NCBI GenBank assembly: GCA_002269645.1
Contig: NIVC01000255.1
Span: 620,001 to 684,000 of the forward strand
Reading direction: 5' to 3'
DNA length: 64,000 nucleotides
Source of the DNA: Macrostomum lignano
Lineage: Eukaryota
In this document: positions 28,070 to 41,561 of the stretch, one piece after another
How the letters are laid out: each line of letters opens with the position of its first letter
Numbering within the stretch: position 1 is the first letter of the stretch
Translations under genes and position numbers: made by a program
Notes under the pieces: generated by a model
What the model was told of the DNA's origin: nothing
The model's input: only the letters and a program-made list of their open reading frames with translations
The model's database searches: none

Positions 28070-31000
28070 TTGCAGGCTGTAGCGAGGCTGTGCCATGGCA
28101 TTCGGGATAAGGTGCTCGCAGAAAAACTCTTGCTTTGTAGCAGTGATGCAGGGGTGAGTGATGAGTCTAGTGGGGCAAAGGCTAAGACTGTCCCGTCTGC
28201 CGAGTTGGTTAAGAAGGCCAAGGAGATCGTTGGTATTCAGCAACTTCTGCAACCCGCTCCAAACTCCTCTGCGAATATCCGTGTCCTTGAAACCGAGAAG
28301 GCGTCTCTGGAGGCAAGAGTACAAGAGCTAGAGAGACTCCTTCGACTCCAGAACCAGGCTGGAGTTTCCAAGCCTGTTGCTGTCAACCAACCACAACCAT
28401 CTAACAAGTCAATCCAAAATTCAAACCAACGCAAGCCACATAACAAGCACAAGAATAAACAACCGCCAAATCACGGGGCAACTCAGCAATTTGGTACAGC
28501 GGTGTCCAGATCAAGGAAATGCTACAGGTGCGGTGGTGAGGACCATTTCATTGCCGACTGTCCCATCACACCATCACCTCCAATAGCCCACCAGACCGCT
28601 GCTAAGAGTCATCCTCCAAATAATCAGGCCCAGCATATGTCGGAGGTTGGTTCAATTGTTTCCTGGAAGGGGAACTTCGGGTTCATTCAATCAGAACAAC
28701 TTCCCGACCAGCTCTTCTTTCACCGTGGTGAGCTGTCTGAATCCTTGAACCGTTCGGCTGACCAGCACCAACTCGTGGGCACAAGAGTCCAATTCCATCG
28801 GAAAATTGACTCTGGCAAGAAGCGCGATCAGGCTTGTGGGGTAAGGCCAATTCCATCGATCAATCAGACGCATTTAGGCCAAACTAGTTCCGATGAGCCT
28901 GCGGTGGATTCCAGCTTCTTTGTCCAGTTGCGAATCGGGGACAACCAAGTCATGGCTTGCCTTGACTCGGGGGCAAACGCCAGCGTGATGGGGAAGCAAG
29001 CCATGGAGAGACTGGTTGAAGCCGATCCGATCAACAACATCTTTTCGCCAGCGCACAAAGACGCAAAGGCAACGGCTTTCAACGGGTCCACCACCCAGAT
29101 TTTAGGCTCTTTGCGCTGCGAAGTTGAACTAGGCAAGATTAAAAAGCATCACGTTTTCCTTGTGACCGAAGAATCCACTGCTGAATCGCTCTTAGGTATT
29201 GATTTCCTCCGTGGTTTCCAGGTGCTGCTGGATTTCACCTGTGGCCAGGTACTCGTGGCCGGTGGAGCAGTGCCTGTGATCGAGGGCGATAAGGGGGTGT
29301 TTCGCATACGCCGTGTATTGGCTGCTTGTACCTCTGAGCTACCACCTCACTCGGAAACCCTAGTGCCGAGTCGAGTGATTGACACTGTGCCAAACCTGAG
29401 TGGCACAGTCTCCTCTAAACTTTTCAATACAGACTCAGAATTTTTTGTAGCTAGGTCAGTGGATAGAGTCAGCCCGACAAATCACGTGTTAGTCCGATTG
29501 CTAAATAGTAGCGATCAACCAGCTAGGATTGAGCGTGACCAAGAGATTGCATCTTTTCAAGAGCTTGGTCATGGAGAAGTTGTAGTACCAACTGCTTTGT
29601 CTGAGAAGGATTTTTCCATAGACAACTGCAATCTCCTCAACAGTAAGCTTTCAAGATTACCACCACCAGAAAAAGGTACAGCAGAATGGCTTGTGAAACA
29701 GTTCCGACTCGACCAGTCCAGTCTGACTCCAAATCAATTAGCCCTAACTTTGCGCATGCTTAATTACTTTTTAAGCCAGATCTCACAGGATGATAGTGAT
29801 CTCGGTCGCACAAAGCTACATGAAATGTCAATCGATCTGATTGAGAAGGACAGTCGTCCGGTTCTGCTCGCTTCGAGGAGAACAACTCCAGCTCAAAACG
29901 AGTTTTTAGATCAACATATTAGTCAATTGCTTAAGCAGGATGTAATTGAAGAGTGTGATTCAGACTGGGTATCGCCGATAGTGTTAGTTAAGAAGAAAGA
30001 TGGGTCTCAGAGACTATGTATTGACTACCGAGCTGTAAACAAGTTAATTAGACCGTGTAGTTTTCCTTTGCCATTAATTGAGGAGTCGTTTGACAGCCTG
30101 GCTGGTTCTTCGGTGTTCAGCAGCCTTGATTTAACCTCTGCCTATTGGCAGGTGGGAATCAAAGAAGAAGACAGAGATTTTACAGCTTTCTCTTGTCCAC
30201 AGGGCACGTTTCGTTGGAAAGTAATACCATTCGGAATCAAAACAGCCCCAGCGAATTTCGCTAAATTAATGCACAAGGTATTTCAGCCATTGCTTATGAA
30301 AGTTAGCCTAATTTACCTCGATGATATAATAATAAAAGCACAGAATAATGACCAAATGATCGCGCACCTAGCGCTGGTGCTTTGGCAACTTCGCAAGGCC
30401 AATCTGAAGATTAAACCTGCGAAGTGTGAGCTGTTTAAAGACAGAGTTAAGTTCTTAGGGTTCATAGTCTCGTCTAACGGTATCGAAGCCGACCCAGCCA
30501 AGACTCGAGCAGTCCAAGAGTGGTGTAGACCGAATGACAAGAAACAGTTAATGGCGTTTCTTGGCTTTTCCAACTATTATAGGGAATTCGTACAACGATT
30601 CTCAGTTATTGCCACGCCGCTGTACGCGCTGGCTAAAGGTTCGGAAAAGTTCGTGTGGTTAGAACGCCACGAACGCGCATTCCAAGAACTCAAGCGCTGT
30701 TTGTGCAACCCACCGGTATTAGCGTATCCGGACTTGTCTCCCGACAGTCGTGGGTTCGTGCTCGACTGCGACAGTTCACTTGAAGGAGTTGGCGTCGTGC
30801 TATCTCAGATTGGCCCAGATGGGTCAGAACAAGTCGTTGCGTACGCATCTAAGAAATTTTCACAGAGTCAGTCGAACTATTGCGCAACCATGCGCGAGTT
30901 ACTAGGGTTAGTACTCATGCTAGAACACTTTCGTACATATCTGTTAGATCGACCTTTCACAGTCAGAGTGGATGCCGCAGCCCTGCAGTGGCTTCATTCT

Positions 31001-33462
31001 AAGAAACATGCCACAGGCATGCTCGCGCAGTGGCTCGCGACCATAGATTTGTACGAATTCAAGATCGAACAGTCAGCTCTTGAAAGAGTCGGAGAATACG
31101 ACTTTGAGGTCCAGTACCGGCCAGGGAAAGACCATGTGGCGGCAGATATGCTGAGCCGAAATCCTCGCTTTCGTGCCGATCACTTCGACTGTCCGTCATG
31201 CAGCATGGTACCTGAATTTCAAGAGAAATTTAAAAGCGAGAGGGCTAAAAAGTCAGCATCAGTTAACATCAGAAGGCAACAAGTTGACGCCGCAGTGCAA
31301 TGCTCTGTAGCGACGTATGTTGCCAGACAGACTCGCCTGTCACGAGCTGTCACAATATCGAAACAGTAGTAACATCAGCCTGTCAAACCGAGAAATTCAC
31401 AAGCAACACATCAACACAGTGCACATTTTTCACTACAGTTCCGGTCACAGAGGCCGCTGTCGAAGCGACAATGCCAATCGAAACGTCTCGACTAGCAGTC
31501 AGGGTAGCTGAAGTCGAACAATCGGCATCCAGCGAATCCTCAGTCGAGTCAGTTGACCCGGAACTAGAATGGGCACGTGAATCACAAGAGACTTGCGTTG
31601 ACATCGCTCAGCTGATCGATTGCGTGCAGGGCCGTACAGAAAAGCCTCCTAAGGCTAGCCTGCAGAGTTGCAGTCGTGAAGTTAGAATATTGTGGTCGCT
31701 GTTCGATGAACTGAAAGTCGAAAATGGGCTCTTATATCACCTTAAGCCGAAAAAGAACAAAAAATCAGTCAATAAGCTGTTAGTGATTCCAGAGACCGCA
31801 GATGTTGTCGAGTTGATGTCAAAATACCACCGACAGCTCAATCACTGCGGAATCACAAAAACCCTGACAGCTATTCGATCTCGTTTCGCCATCGCTGACC
31901 TAGAAACCTATGTCAAGGGAATCATAGCTGAGTGTGACGTCTGCGCCAGAACAAAAAAGTCAAAACTGAAGCATAAAGCCCCGCTGCAGCCCGAACTCTC
32001 GGGCTACCCGAACCAGGTGGTCCATGTCGATCACGCAGGCCCGTTTCCCGAGCAAGCAGGATATAAGTACTTGCTTGTAATGGTTGACCGATTTTCGGGT
32101 TTTGTAGAGGTCATTCCCGTAGCCGATGTTTCAGCGGAAACGACTGCAGTCAATATCCTGACCGAATGGATCGCGAGATACGGGTGCATGGAACAGATAG
32201 TCTCGGACAACGGTACAGCCTTGTCAACAGCACCGTATCTGAGCTCACTCGACTTCTCGAGGTGGACATGGCGCGTGTCACAGCACGACGTCCGCAAGCG
32301 AACGGGAAGGTTGAGCGAATGATACAGACAGTTAAAGGTCAGATTCGTGCTATTTGCTTGGATCGGCAGTTCGATTGGCCTCTTGCAGCCCGGCTAGCAG
32401 CTCTCTCGATTCGGGCAACAGTCGCCGAATCCACCGGATTTTCTCCCGCAAAGATCTTTTTTGGACACGGATTATCTGGTTCATAATCCACCAGTTCAAG
32501 ATAGGTACAGACCTGAACTGTATGCACATTATCTGCACCAGACGCTCGTTGAGGTATCAGCGGCTGCGCGCCATGCCCGTGGAAAGGCCCAAGAGCGCCA
32601 AAAGCGCTACTATGACCGCAGCGCGCTGAACTCTAACTTCGAGATAGGCGATCTTGTATGGGTTCTCAACGCCGACCATCGTGGCCTCGACAGTGCTGTC
32701 TGGTTTGGACCATACAAGGTGTTGCAAAAGATTTCGGAGAGGAATTACAGACTCATTCCAGAATTCGCTAGAATAAATCCTTTGGAGCGCATTCCCAACC
32801 CGTCTCACAATGTGTACAATGTCGATCGGATGAAGCGCTGTGTGCGCAAACAGCCTTATGAAGATGTTGTGGACAGGTACGGGACTCGCATGCCAGCCAG
32901 AATGCCGTCGTCAAGAGTAGGCTTGCGAGGAGACGACCAGTCTACCTGGTTGTCTTCGTGCTCCATCAACGGTTCCAATCAAAGTGCTGCGACTCAACCG
33001 CTCCAGGTATCAGAAAGTGCGTCATCAACGCTTGTGGATGAGTCCCAGCAGGTTACCACAGTTGCCACTCCCGACCTGCCAGTTGCAGTGCCACCACCGC
33101 CGATGGAGCCCTTGGAAGGAGAGGCGGGAGTAATCGATGAAGGTGATCCGCACGAGGTTTCGAACGGTAAACAGAGTGGCAGAGCTGTGTTCGATGAAAA
33201 TGGCGATCTGTTGGAGGAGGCGGCAGAAGATGTCACCGAGGAGCAAGCTCCGGCTGAAGGCAGTCCCGTTAGAGGGGAAGCCAGTATGCCGGTAGAAGCC
33301 ATCGAGGATCCTGACAGTGAGACCACGATGGAAGCTGTCGCTCCACAAGAACAGATTGACGCCATTTCCTTGCCTCAATCGACACAGACGACTAGATCCG
33401 GAAGGATTGTTACCAAACCGGCACGTTTTCGAAATTTTCTAGCACAGCTATTTAATAAATAA
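28070..33462 (+). CDS. pol: Gypsy Gag-Pol remainder: CCHC knuckle, cold-shock domain, aspartic protease, RT, RNase H, integrase (frameshifts near 31330, 32222, 32465)
   Basis: CYRCGGEDHFIADC (28520-28561); GNFGFI...QLFFH (28637-28852); LDSGA (28961); LCIDYRAVN, DLTSAYWQ, PFGIKTAP, YLDD; LDCDSS..GVGVVLSQ; H..NHCG...CDVC; VHVDH, SDNG, NGKVER; GPY. Confidence 0.92.
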
Positions 33463-35971
33463 AAATCGATCGCAACTCGCTCGGACCGGGTAAAATTAAT
33501 ACTCAGAAAATATTCCTTTAAAAACGCATAAAAACTAATATAATTCTCACAAAAAATAAAATAAACGGTTGTTCCAAGATAACAAAGTACAGAGTTCATA
33601 CATCATCAGTTCATACATGTAGTTTACGGTCCTAGAGTTTAGTTAATTTGCATCGTCATTCAATCGCGTGTCGTCTGTACTTAAGTAGCGCTTGTCGGTC
33701 TTTAGCGCGTTTTCTGCCGCCGTTGTCAAGCCTGTGTGGCTGTGCAGAGCACCATAGGGTCTCTGTTCGTCTGGTTCCGAGGTCGGTTCCGGCGCCGTTG
33801 ATCGGCGTGCCCTTGCGGTCGTTCTTGATCGGTCCTCGGCTGGGTTCGTGTTTGTGCGCGGACCTGAGCTCGCCTCCGGGCTTGCTCGAATTCTTTTCCC
33901 GTTTCTCTCGTGCTCCGTTTGCTTGGTGGTTCTGGGTTGCTAGGTGCGCCCTGTTTCGTCTCGCTTTGGGCTGTTCTCTTAGTCATAGGGTGTGCCTGTG
34001 CCGGTTTTGCGTCTCGTGATTTGCTTTGCAGTGTTTTGAGTTGGTTTGCGACACCTTTGATATTTCCTATAATTAATCATTGTGAGTACTTTAATTCGGC
34101 TCGAACTCGTTGCACCAAATATTGTTCAATATTTTGAAATGCGAGAAGCATTCCTTTGACAAATATCTATTTTAATTCCTGTTCGTTCCAATGCTTTGTG
34201 TATTTTTCAATATTTTCATCCGAAACTGATGCCAACAATAATTGAACTCGCATGTAAAATATTTTGTTCGTTATTTTCGGAATAAGTTTTTGTTACTATT
34301 TTTTTTCGTCGCTGTTCGATATATTCGTATTTTCTGTTCTTCGTTTTTCAGTATTTTTTAGTAGAGGGGCGGGTGTGACAGTGTGATTCGTAGAAGCGTG
34401 TATCGTATTTCTTTATTTTCATATGCATACCGTACTACTACTGTATTCTTTCATTTATTTTAACAATATTCGTACGTATTATTATCGCGCTATTTTTACT
34501 GTTAATTGCTTTGTTTTTGTGTGCAAGTGCCAGCCGACGTCACTGCACTTTTTGTGTGCCAAACTCGAGGCAAAAGTTTCATATAATACTAAAAGTAGGT
34601 AGCCCTTTGCTCTGACTCGATCTAAGGTGTTTAGGATTGCGGATTAAGTGAGAAAGTTAAATCTAGAAGTTAAAGACTTGGCGTTTTCTTTCTTTTTCGC
34701 AATGCCAGCTGAGATGAGCGGCTAGATCTAGAGGCAGAGGTCACAGTGGACCGGAAGCGGCACAGTTCCCAGTCAATCAGTCGATCTCGGAAATCACGAT
34801 AAGAATGCAAATCAAGTGTCAGACTGGCACTTTCGTGCAGTCTCAGGCAGCTAATTAAAGCGGCTAAACAAATTTAAATATTAGTCTAACGGTCTCCAAA
34901 AGTAACAATGCATCTACATCAACGCTATCTGTCGACGTGTTCACACATTTAGTGCCAAAAGCGTGCAGTCACGTGTACTGATACATGTACTTCTGGGAAT
35001 TGGTAATGAAATAGTACATTTAGTAGTGTATAGAGGCTCACCAGCGCATGAACCCCCTGCAAAAGTCGTCTCTGTCCCTGCATGGCCATGCGATCTTAGT
35101 CCCAGCAGCGTCCCTTCTATTCGGCTATGACTTCGAGATTTAAACAGCTAAAAGACACTAGATGGCAGGTAAGTACAGTGCCCCTCTAGTCGGAAGTCCG
35201 ATTTCGATAGCTCCGGTTTGGTGAGGACTGGTGGCAGCGGGTTAGTTAATCTGCGGATTAGCTAATCTCTACCTTTCAAATTCTCCCAGCTTGTCTCTCG
35301 CTGTCTTCTCTTAGCTATAGGACTTTGCTGCTGGCCCACAATCTAGCTACCATGGGGCTGACCATCTGACAGGAGTGAGAGGCCAGAGTTCTAAGCGATT
35401 CATTTCTGAGCTCTGAGGCCCGGAGCTACAGGCTTAAAAAAGCCGAACCCATCATATATATTTAATAAATATAGTTTGGACGGTACATTATTTGATTTCA
35501 CTTGCTTGGGCTGCAATAGTGTAGGTGCAGCTGGCCATGGGATCGTGGATTTAGGCACACAGGACAGGATGTATGAAAGCTCTCTGGGACCTGCTCTGCA
35601 CTACCTTGTTTTAGCCAGACTTTCAATTTACAATCTGCATGTATCTATAGCTAGTAGTACAATATGAATCAATGTATCTAAACAGGCATATGTTTCTTCT
35701 AGCTGTCTCTGTATTTTCATGTCTTCTTCTACCCCTGGCACCCACAGGACAGAATAAAGCTATTCTATCTGTTCTGGAACCCTCCATAATGTCTTCAGAT
35801 GCATGCAATTTGTCCTCAGTCAATAAACAAAGTTTACATGTTTCTATCAGCTTTGAGGACTTGTAAATTAAATGCACTTATAATTCTTTCTCTTATATTA
35901 TCGAATAAAAATGTGCGTAGACAAAATTATCGGAAATATTCGTCGCGCTACCCTACAGTACATGTATTACT

Positions 35972-36947
35972 GGGGATAGCGACGTTTGCCTGTGGGACGT
36001 TTGCCTGCGGGACGTTTGCCTGCGGGACGTTTGCCAGCTGACGTTTGCCTGCGGGACATTTGCCAGCTGACGTTTACCTGCGGGACGTTTGCCTGCGGGA
36101 CGTTTGCCAGCCAACATTAAGTCAGTGAGTAAAAAATTTGATACTGAAATATTCGCAGTTTAGCGGGTTAAAAAAAGTTTTTTTAATCCAACTTTTTGAC
36201 AGTTATTCGCATGTATAAAAGTTCAAAAACAAACTCTATACAAATTATGCAGTTCATCAATCTAACTTTTAGTTTAACAAAAATTTCTTTGAATGTGAAA
36301 ACATTATAAAGTTAACTTCTGACGGTTTTGTATCGCTTTTCCCAGTTTGAGATGTTTGATTTTTTACTTGCGAATGAAGACACAAATTTAAACGGGAATC
36401 TCCAGCGAGCCAATTAGTTTTGAGCAAATAAAAGAACGATAATTCTGGCTTATATATTTCCCAGTTCATTGGGAGATCCAAAAGTAAGCGAATTAATTCC
36501 AATGCAGCTTGTCGAGCGCACGCTGTCATGGCCAAACTCCGTTAAGCAGAGTTTGGCCTTTGAGTTAAGTATATATAGGCGAGACTAAGCCAATACCATA
36601 ATTGATGTCTCAGTCTTTCCATTTAGCTTGTAAACACTTAGCTTGTTTGGCCACTAAGATGGAAAGGGCCATTCCATGGCATACATAGACATCAACTGTG
36701 ACAATGGAAAGTCCTATTTTGTATTTTTACCTTCCTATTTGGGCAGACAAGAGCAATAGCTTCAATAAGCCTGAACAGTAGTTTGTTAGTAACCTGTATA
36801 TTTAATTGCAGTAGTAGGGAGCCAGGTGGAATTAGATTAGTGCTATGTCCACAGTTTTCAAATGCAAGTACATGTAAGCCTAGAGAGGGCATACTTCTTT
36901 AACCAATTGCCGCCTGCAAACGTCCGGCAGGCAAACGTCGTAGACCC
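35972..36947. mobile_element. MITE-like element with imperfect TIRs and a 15-bp GACGTTTGCCTGCGG array at the left end
   Basis: Left GGGATAGCGACGTTTGCCTG; right CAGGCAAACGTCGTAGACCC (13-bp perfect core). TSD not clean. Confidence 0.5.
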
Positions 36948-37244
36948 GTAGACTGTTAGATATGATAATGGAAGTGGTGGCCCTTAAAAGGGCCGTTTTA
37001 TTTTTTTAAATTTAAATAAAAAAGTATTGAGAATTGCCTAAATTTCATTAAGCCAATGAGCGAGGCTGAGTGAAAAATGCTTGCAACATTGCGTGATAGT
37101 TCTGGCGTTTATAATGAGTATTGGTGGAGCTACTGGTATGTCCTGCCCCTGTGAGCACTATTGGACCAGAATTTAAACAATTCTTTCTGTGACTTGAGAG
37201 ACAAACTTTGCTTTTAATTGCGATCACACTTATTTTAATTACAG

Positions 37245-37553
37245 TCTCTCTCCCTCTAATTGCCCTCTATATCACTCCATCTAGCTCGTAATTACTGTCT
37301 ATCCTATCTCTCCCTCTAATTGCCCTCTATCCTTCCCTCTAATTGCCCTCGATCCCTCCCTCGAATTGCCCTCTCTATCCCTCCCTCTAATTGCCCTCTA
37401 GCCCTCCCTCTAATTGCCCTCTAGCCCTCCCTCTAATTGCCCTCTAGCCCTCCCTCTAATTGCCTTCTATCCTTCCCTCTAATTGCCCTCTATCCCTCCC
37501 TCTAATTGCCCTCTAGCCCTCCCTCTAATTGCCCTCTAGCCCTCCCTCTAATT
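37245..37553. repeat. 22-bp pyrimidine-rich minisatellite (CCCTCCCTCTAATTGCCCTCTA)
   Basis: Directly visible tandem units. Confidence 0.9.
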
Positions 37554-37944
37554 GCCAGCTTCGCCTGTCTTCTGAGCCTCAATCTCTGGTCTTTCCTTAC
37601 TTCGCTTCCTTAATTACTTTTTGGATTTAGTCATTATTTATTAGTGTTTTTTTAATTAAAAATTTCTCTGTTTAAAATTCAAAATTGTTGCCTATGTTTA
37701 TTTAGTCCATCTGATATTCGGTTCCGTATAAACGAAGCCCGAAATCCATTTGTGTACAAGCAGATCCTATGTTTTAGTAGCTTCTGTCAGCACTAGCTCC
37801 ATAGCCTATTGTTGCCAATAGTGTGTTCAACTTACTTTAAATGCGAAGATATTACTTAAGTCCAAAATGACACCAGAGTGTGTCAGAATTGGTTAAACCA
37901 AACTATTATGTTAACGTTTAGCTAGTCACGTAACTTTAGCGAGA

Positions 37945-38197
37945 GGGGGCGCCAGCACCAGGGGGCGCCAGCACCAGGGGGCGCCAGCACCAGGGGGCGC
38001 CAGCACCAGGGGGCGCCAGCACCAGGGGGCGCCAGCACCAGGGGCGCCAGCACCAGGGGGCGCCAGCACCAGGGGGCGCCAGCACCAGGGGGGGCGCCAG
38101 CACCAGGGGGCGCCAGCACCAGGGGGCGCCAGCACCAGGGGGGGCGCCAGCACCAGGGGGCGCCAGCACCAGGGGGCGCCAGCACCAGGGGCGCCCA
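37945..38197. repeat. 16-bp GC-rich array GGGGGCGCCAGCACCA
   Basis: Directly visible; reverse-complement array at 42883-43066. Confidence 0.95.
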
Positions 38198-38541
38198 GTG
38201 CAAGCAATAGCTACCTGTACCGTATATGTATATGAAGTTGTAGCTAGGTAACACTGCATGCTAGGATCAGGGACTACTAAATAGAAGTTAATTGCTATCA
38301 CAGGTCCTACACGTAGTTCTCCTTGGATGAACACAGTATGGGCAGAGAAAAGTAAGAGCTGCTGCAGCTCACTCCCAGCTGTTTGGCATCTCTAGACTCT
38401 CTATTGTACCTTTCTCTCTACCCTCAGCCACTACAAATAGAGGAGTACACACCCCTCTAAAACTGTGTACAGTAACCGTTCTCGAAGTACACTTGCCTTC
38501 TGCTATAATACCAGTTAAAACAAAACTGACTGCTCTCACAG

Positions 38542-40001
38542 CCGATGCCACAAGTGCAGAAGAAAGCTATCTAGTAGGCTCTCGTATTGAATTCTCTGCA
38601 GACTGCACCATGCAGGCCGATCTGCAATGGCGCTGGACCTACAAGCCTCCGTCTGGCTCGGCGGTTCTCTGGCGCAGCGCCTGCGCAATCAGCGACTTGC
38701 CAGGACTTGACTGGCTGGTGCCTGACGCTGCTGAACACCGACTGGTCTACTTCTCATCTGCCGGGCTGCCCCAATGGGACTATCAGGTCCGACTGGGATT
38801 TGACTTCTCTCCTGCTGGAGTTTGTCAGGTGAGTTTTCCAGTTTCCAGGAAACATATATGAGTGCGGACCTGAATTAGAGACTAGTTTATGTATACCCCC
38901 CCTGAGGACATCGTCCCTTCCCAGGTCATCAAACCTTCACAAGACATCCCACGAGGGCATTGCACCTTCCATATGTATGCACAACGCATTAATTGGAATT
39001 TATTATAGTTTTAGAACTATTATATAGTAGCTAACAAAGAATGAAAAACATTTTTTTTAATAAACTACATGTCGCAGCTTCTGACCTCAGCCTTGACATC
39101 TCAGCAATTCTCCCTGTGAGCCTTGACATCTCAGTAATTCCCCCTGTAAGCCTTGACATCTCAGCAATTCTCCCTGTAAGCCTTAACATCTCTGCGATTC
39201 CCTTTGTAAGTTTTGGCATCTCAGCAATTCCCCCTGTGAGCCTAAAAATCTCTGCAATTCCCTCTGTATTCCCTAATATGTATGAATTTGTGCGCGTAGT
39301 TGAATTATTGTCTTTGCCCTCCCACACTCCTGTTCCCAATCAAGGTGACCAACCATGCGCTTTGGGTCACCGACTGGCGCCTCGGTCGCATCGAATGTCG
39401 CAGCGTTTTCGGCCACTCGCTGGGCCGCGCGCCGCCTCTGCCTGAAGGCGCCTGTCGCTCCCCAGCAGACATCTGCTCCACCAGGGAGGGCCACCTGCTG
39501 CTCACCGACCTGAGCTCCAGTAGGCTCTACAGACTCGACGCTGAAGGACGTCACTTGGCCACGATCGAGCTGGGCAAAGGCGACCGACCGTTAAGACCCA
39601 GCTACGTCGACTGTTGCCATGACAACGGCTTCATAGCCGTGTCAGACATTGAGAACGGCAGGGCCGCAGTGCTGAATCCACGAGGCGACCTTCTCGCCTT
39701 CCTGTGGGCCGCCAGCACCGAGGACGAGCCGCAGCAGCCATTCGGTCTGAGATTCGACGCCTCTGGACGTCACGTGCTGCTCTGCGACTCCGGCGCGCAC
39801 CGGGTGGCGCGGCACAGCCTGGAGGGCGCCTTCGTTGACGCGCCAATCAGCGGCGGGCAAATCAAGCCGGAATCTGCGGAGACCGCAGCCTGGAGACCGC
39901 GCGGCCTGGCCTGCAGCGGCTCGCCAGCCAACGGAATTTGCGTGGTCGCCGCAGGTAGCCAAGGACGCGACAGTCTGCACTGCTTCGGCAGGTTACCATG
40001 A
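38542..40001 (+). CDS. NHL-repeat / six-bladed beta-propeller protein, last two exons (38542-38828, 39345-40001); 5' exons unresolved
   Basis: LWVTDW..GRI, PADICST.EGHLLLTDLSSSRL, PSYVDC.HDNGFIAVSDIENGR, PFGLRFDASGRHVLLCDSGAHRV, PRGLAC. Phase-0 GT-AG junction. Confidence 0.8.
39085..39275. repeat. 30-bp intronic minisatellite (AGCCTTGACATCTCAGCAATTCTCCCTGT)
   Basis: Directly visible tandem units. Confidence 0.9.
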
Positions 40002-41561
40002 CAACTGACTCCAACAGGCAAACCATGCACTGCCTAATTAAGTTCCTAATTGTTCTCAGACTAACCTGCGTGTGAATTCAAGCTTATTGTACTCGTACAG
40101 CAAAACGTCATAAAGTCAAAGCAAAGAAGGTAAATCCGAACGATTTTTCGAAAAACCTTTAAATGCTGGCGTTTTAAGCAAAAAATTACACTATCAAATT
40201 TTTTTAGACGTAAAAATAGAAATATTTTCTGACTCATAAAAACAAAATGCTCATTAAAATGTATACTATACATCTTAATTTTTGCATAAAATTTAAAATA
40301 TTGAAGCGATAAAAGCTGACAATTCAGCTTAATTAAGACCAGCATTTGAAAATCAACGATAATGATTATCCATTCTTTCTTTGTCATAAAGAAACAATTT
40401 CTACTCGTATGTTGATCGTGTACCTTTTCGTGTAAAGCCATGATTTTTTTCAAACCTTTTTCTAGTAAACTTATTGTACTGTATTCTTACTCCGTAGTAT
40501 TATAGATCTAAACAAACATTATAACTGCTATATTTTATTTTTAAAAAGGGTTTTCTTTCGTTGTAATTTTAATTTTAACATTTATAACATGTTTTAGACG
40601 CATCCGGCTATCGATTACTTTATACTCGTACAAACTATTGTTTTGCGTTAAATTTCCGGTGTTAAATGAACAAACATTGTAAATCTGGATAAAATTATCC
40701 TCTTTTAGTGTTTAGTGTCTACTTATATATTCGAAGAGTAGTGCAGCTTGGTAATAAAACTTGTCCCGCCTCGTTTGCATTTTTATTTTATTCTAAATAG
40801 AATTGCTCTATATAGAGGTTCACTTTTATGAGTGGCGCACGCTTGGCATATTGGCGAGGCTATGCTAAAGCTGTTCTCTCAGGACAATGAAAAGAAAAAT
40901 GCAGAAAAAACGTACACTGCAGCGGAGCGAAGCGCTATTGCAAGGACCTCTGGATTCTTGGATTGGAAAAAACCCTAAAATAATCTTGCATCGGTTGGAT
41001 GTCCATCTAGACTCCAAAATTTACATGAATACTCATACAAGCATTCTCTCATATTCTACATGCGTTTTGGGGTTGGCCCTCATGTCTGGCAACCCAATGG
41101 GTCAATTTTGGCACAAAAACACCAAATTACCGTTGAGCTAATTCAACTCCCGGATCTTTCATCAGGATCCTTCAATATTATTCACTGGATTGCAGAGAAT
41201 TTGCTAGACTGATTTACTTATCGAACGGATCAAGTTCGTCTTTCAGTCCAGATCTCGCTGCATGAGGTCCATGGACATTATTTGCACTTCCAGCGAATTA
41301 CGGTCGGGGGTGTAGGGGTAGGCTAGGTTGGGGGCAGTAATTCAAAGAAGCCAACCGACCCTCCCACAATTCGCACAGCTTCGAACGAAATGAAAAGCAC
41401 ACTAAAATGCACCTCCATGCTCATCATCACCCGTATAGCTGCGCAGATGCATAAACAAAATTCTGGCCTGAGAGTAAAAAAACCAACGGAGTCCCTGGTA
41501 GCGGTTAGGCAGACTGTAGAAGAAGCTCTCTCGCTCTCAAAGCAGCAACAACGCTTCAGCA

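Larger units (their letters stand above)
25855..34520 (+). mobile_element. Ty3/gypsy LTR retrotransposon (about 8.7 kb); 3' LTR truncated, gag interrupted
   Basis: 5' LTR 25855-26478 (TGTGAC...GTCACA), PBS 26485-26501, PPT AGTAGAGGGGCGGG 34360-34373. The 3' LTR (34374-34520) matches the first 149 nt of the 5' LTR except for one 2-bp indel and one substitution. Domain order PR-RT-RH-IN. Confidence 0.93.

Noticed and set aside
33648-34137. Plus-strand ORFs after the gypsy integrase as a possible env
   Set aside because: No ATG start, signal peptide, furin/fusion motif or clear TM; the composition reflects a pyrimidine-rich UTR.
35127-35168. Candidate first coding exon (MTSRFKQLKDTRWQ|GTAAGT) for the NHL gene
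   Set aside because: Phase 0 does not join the phase-1 acceptor at 38542, and no intermediate exon could be supported.
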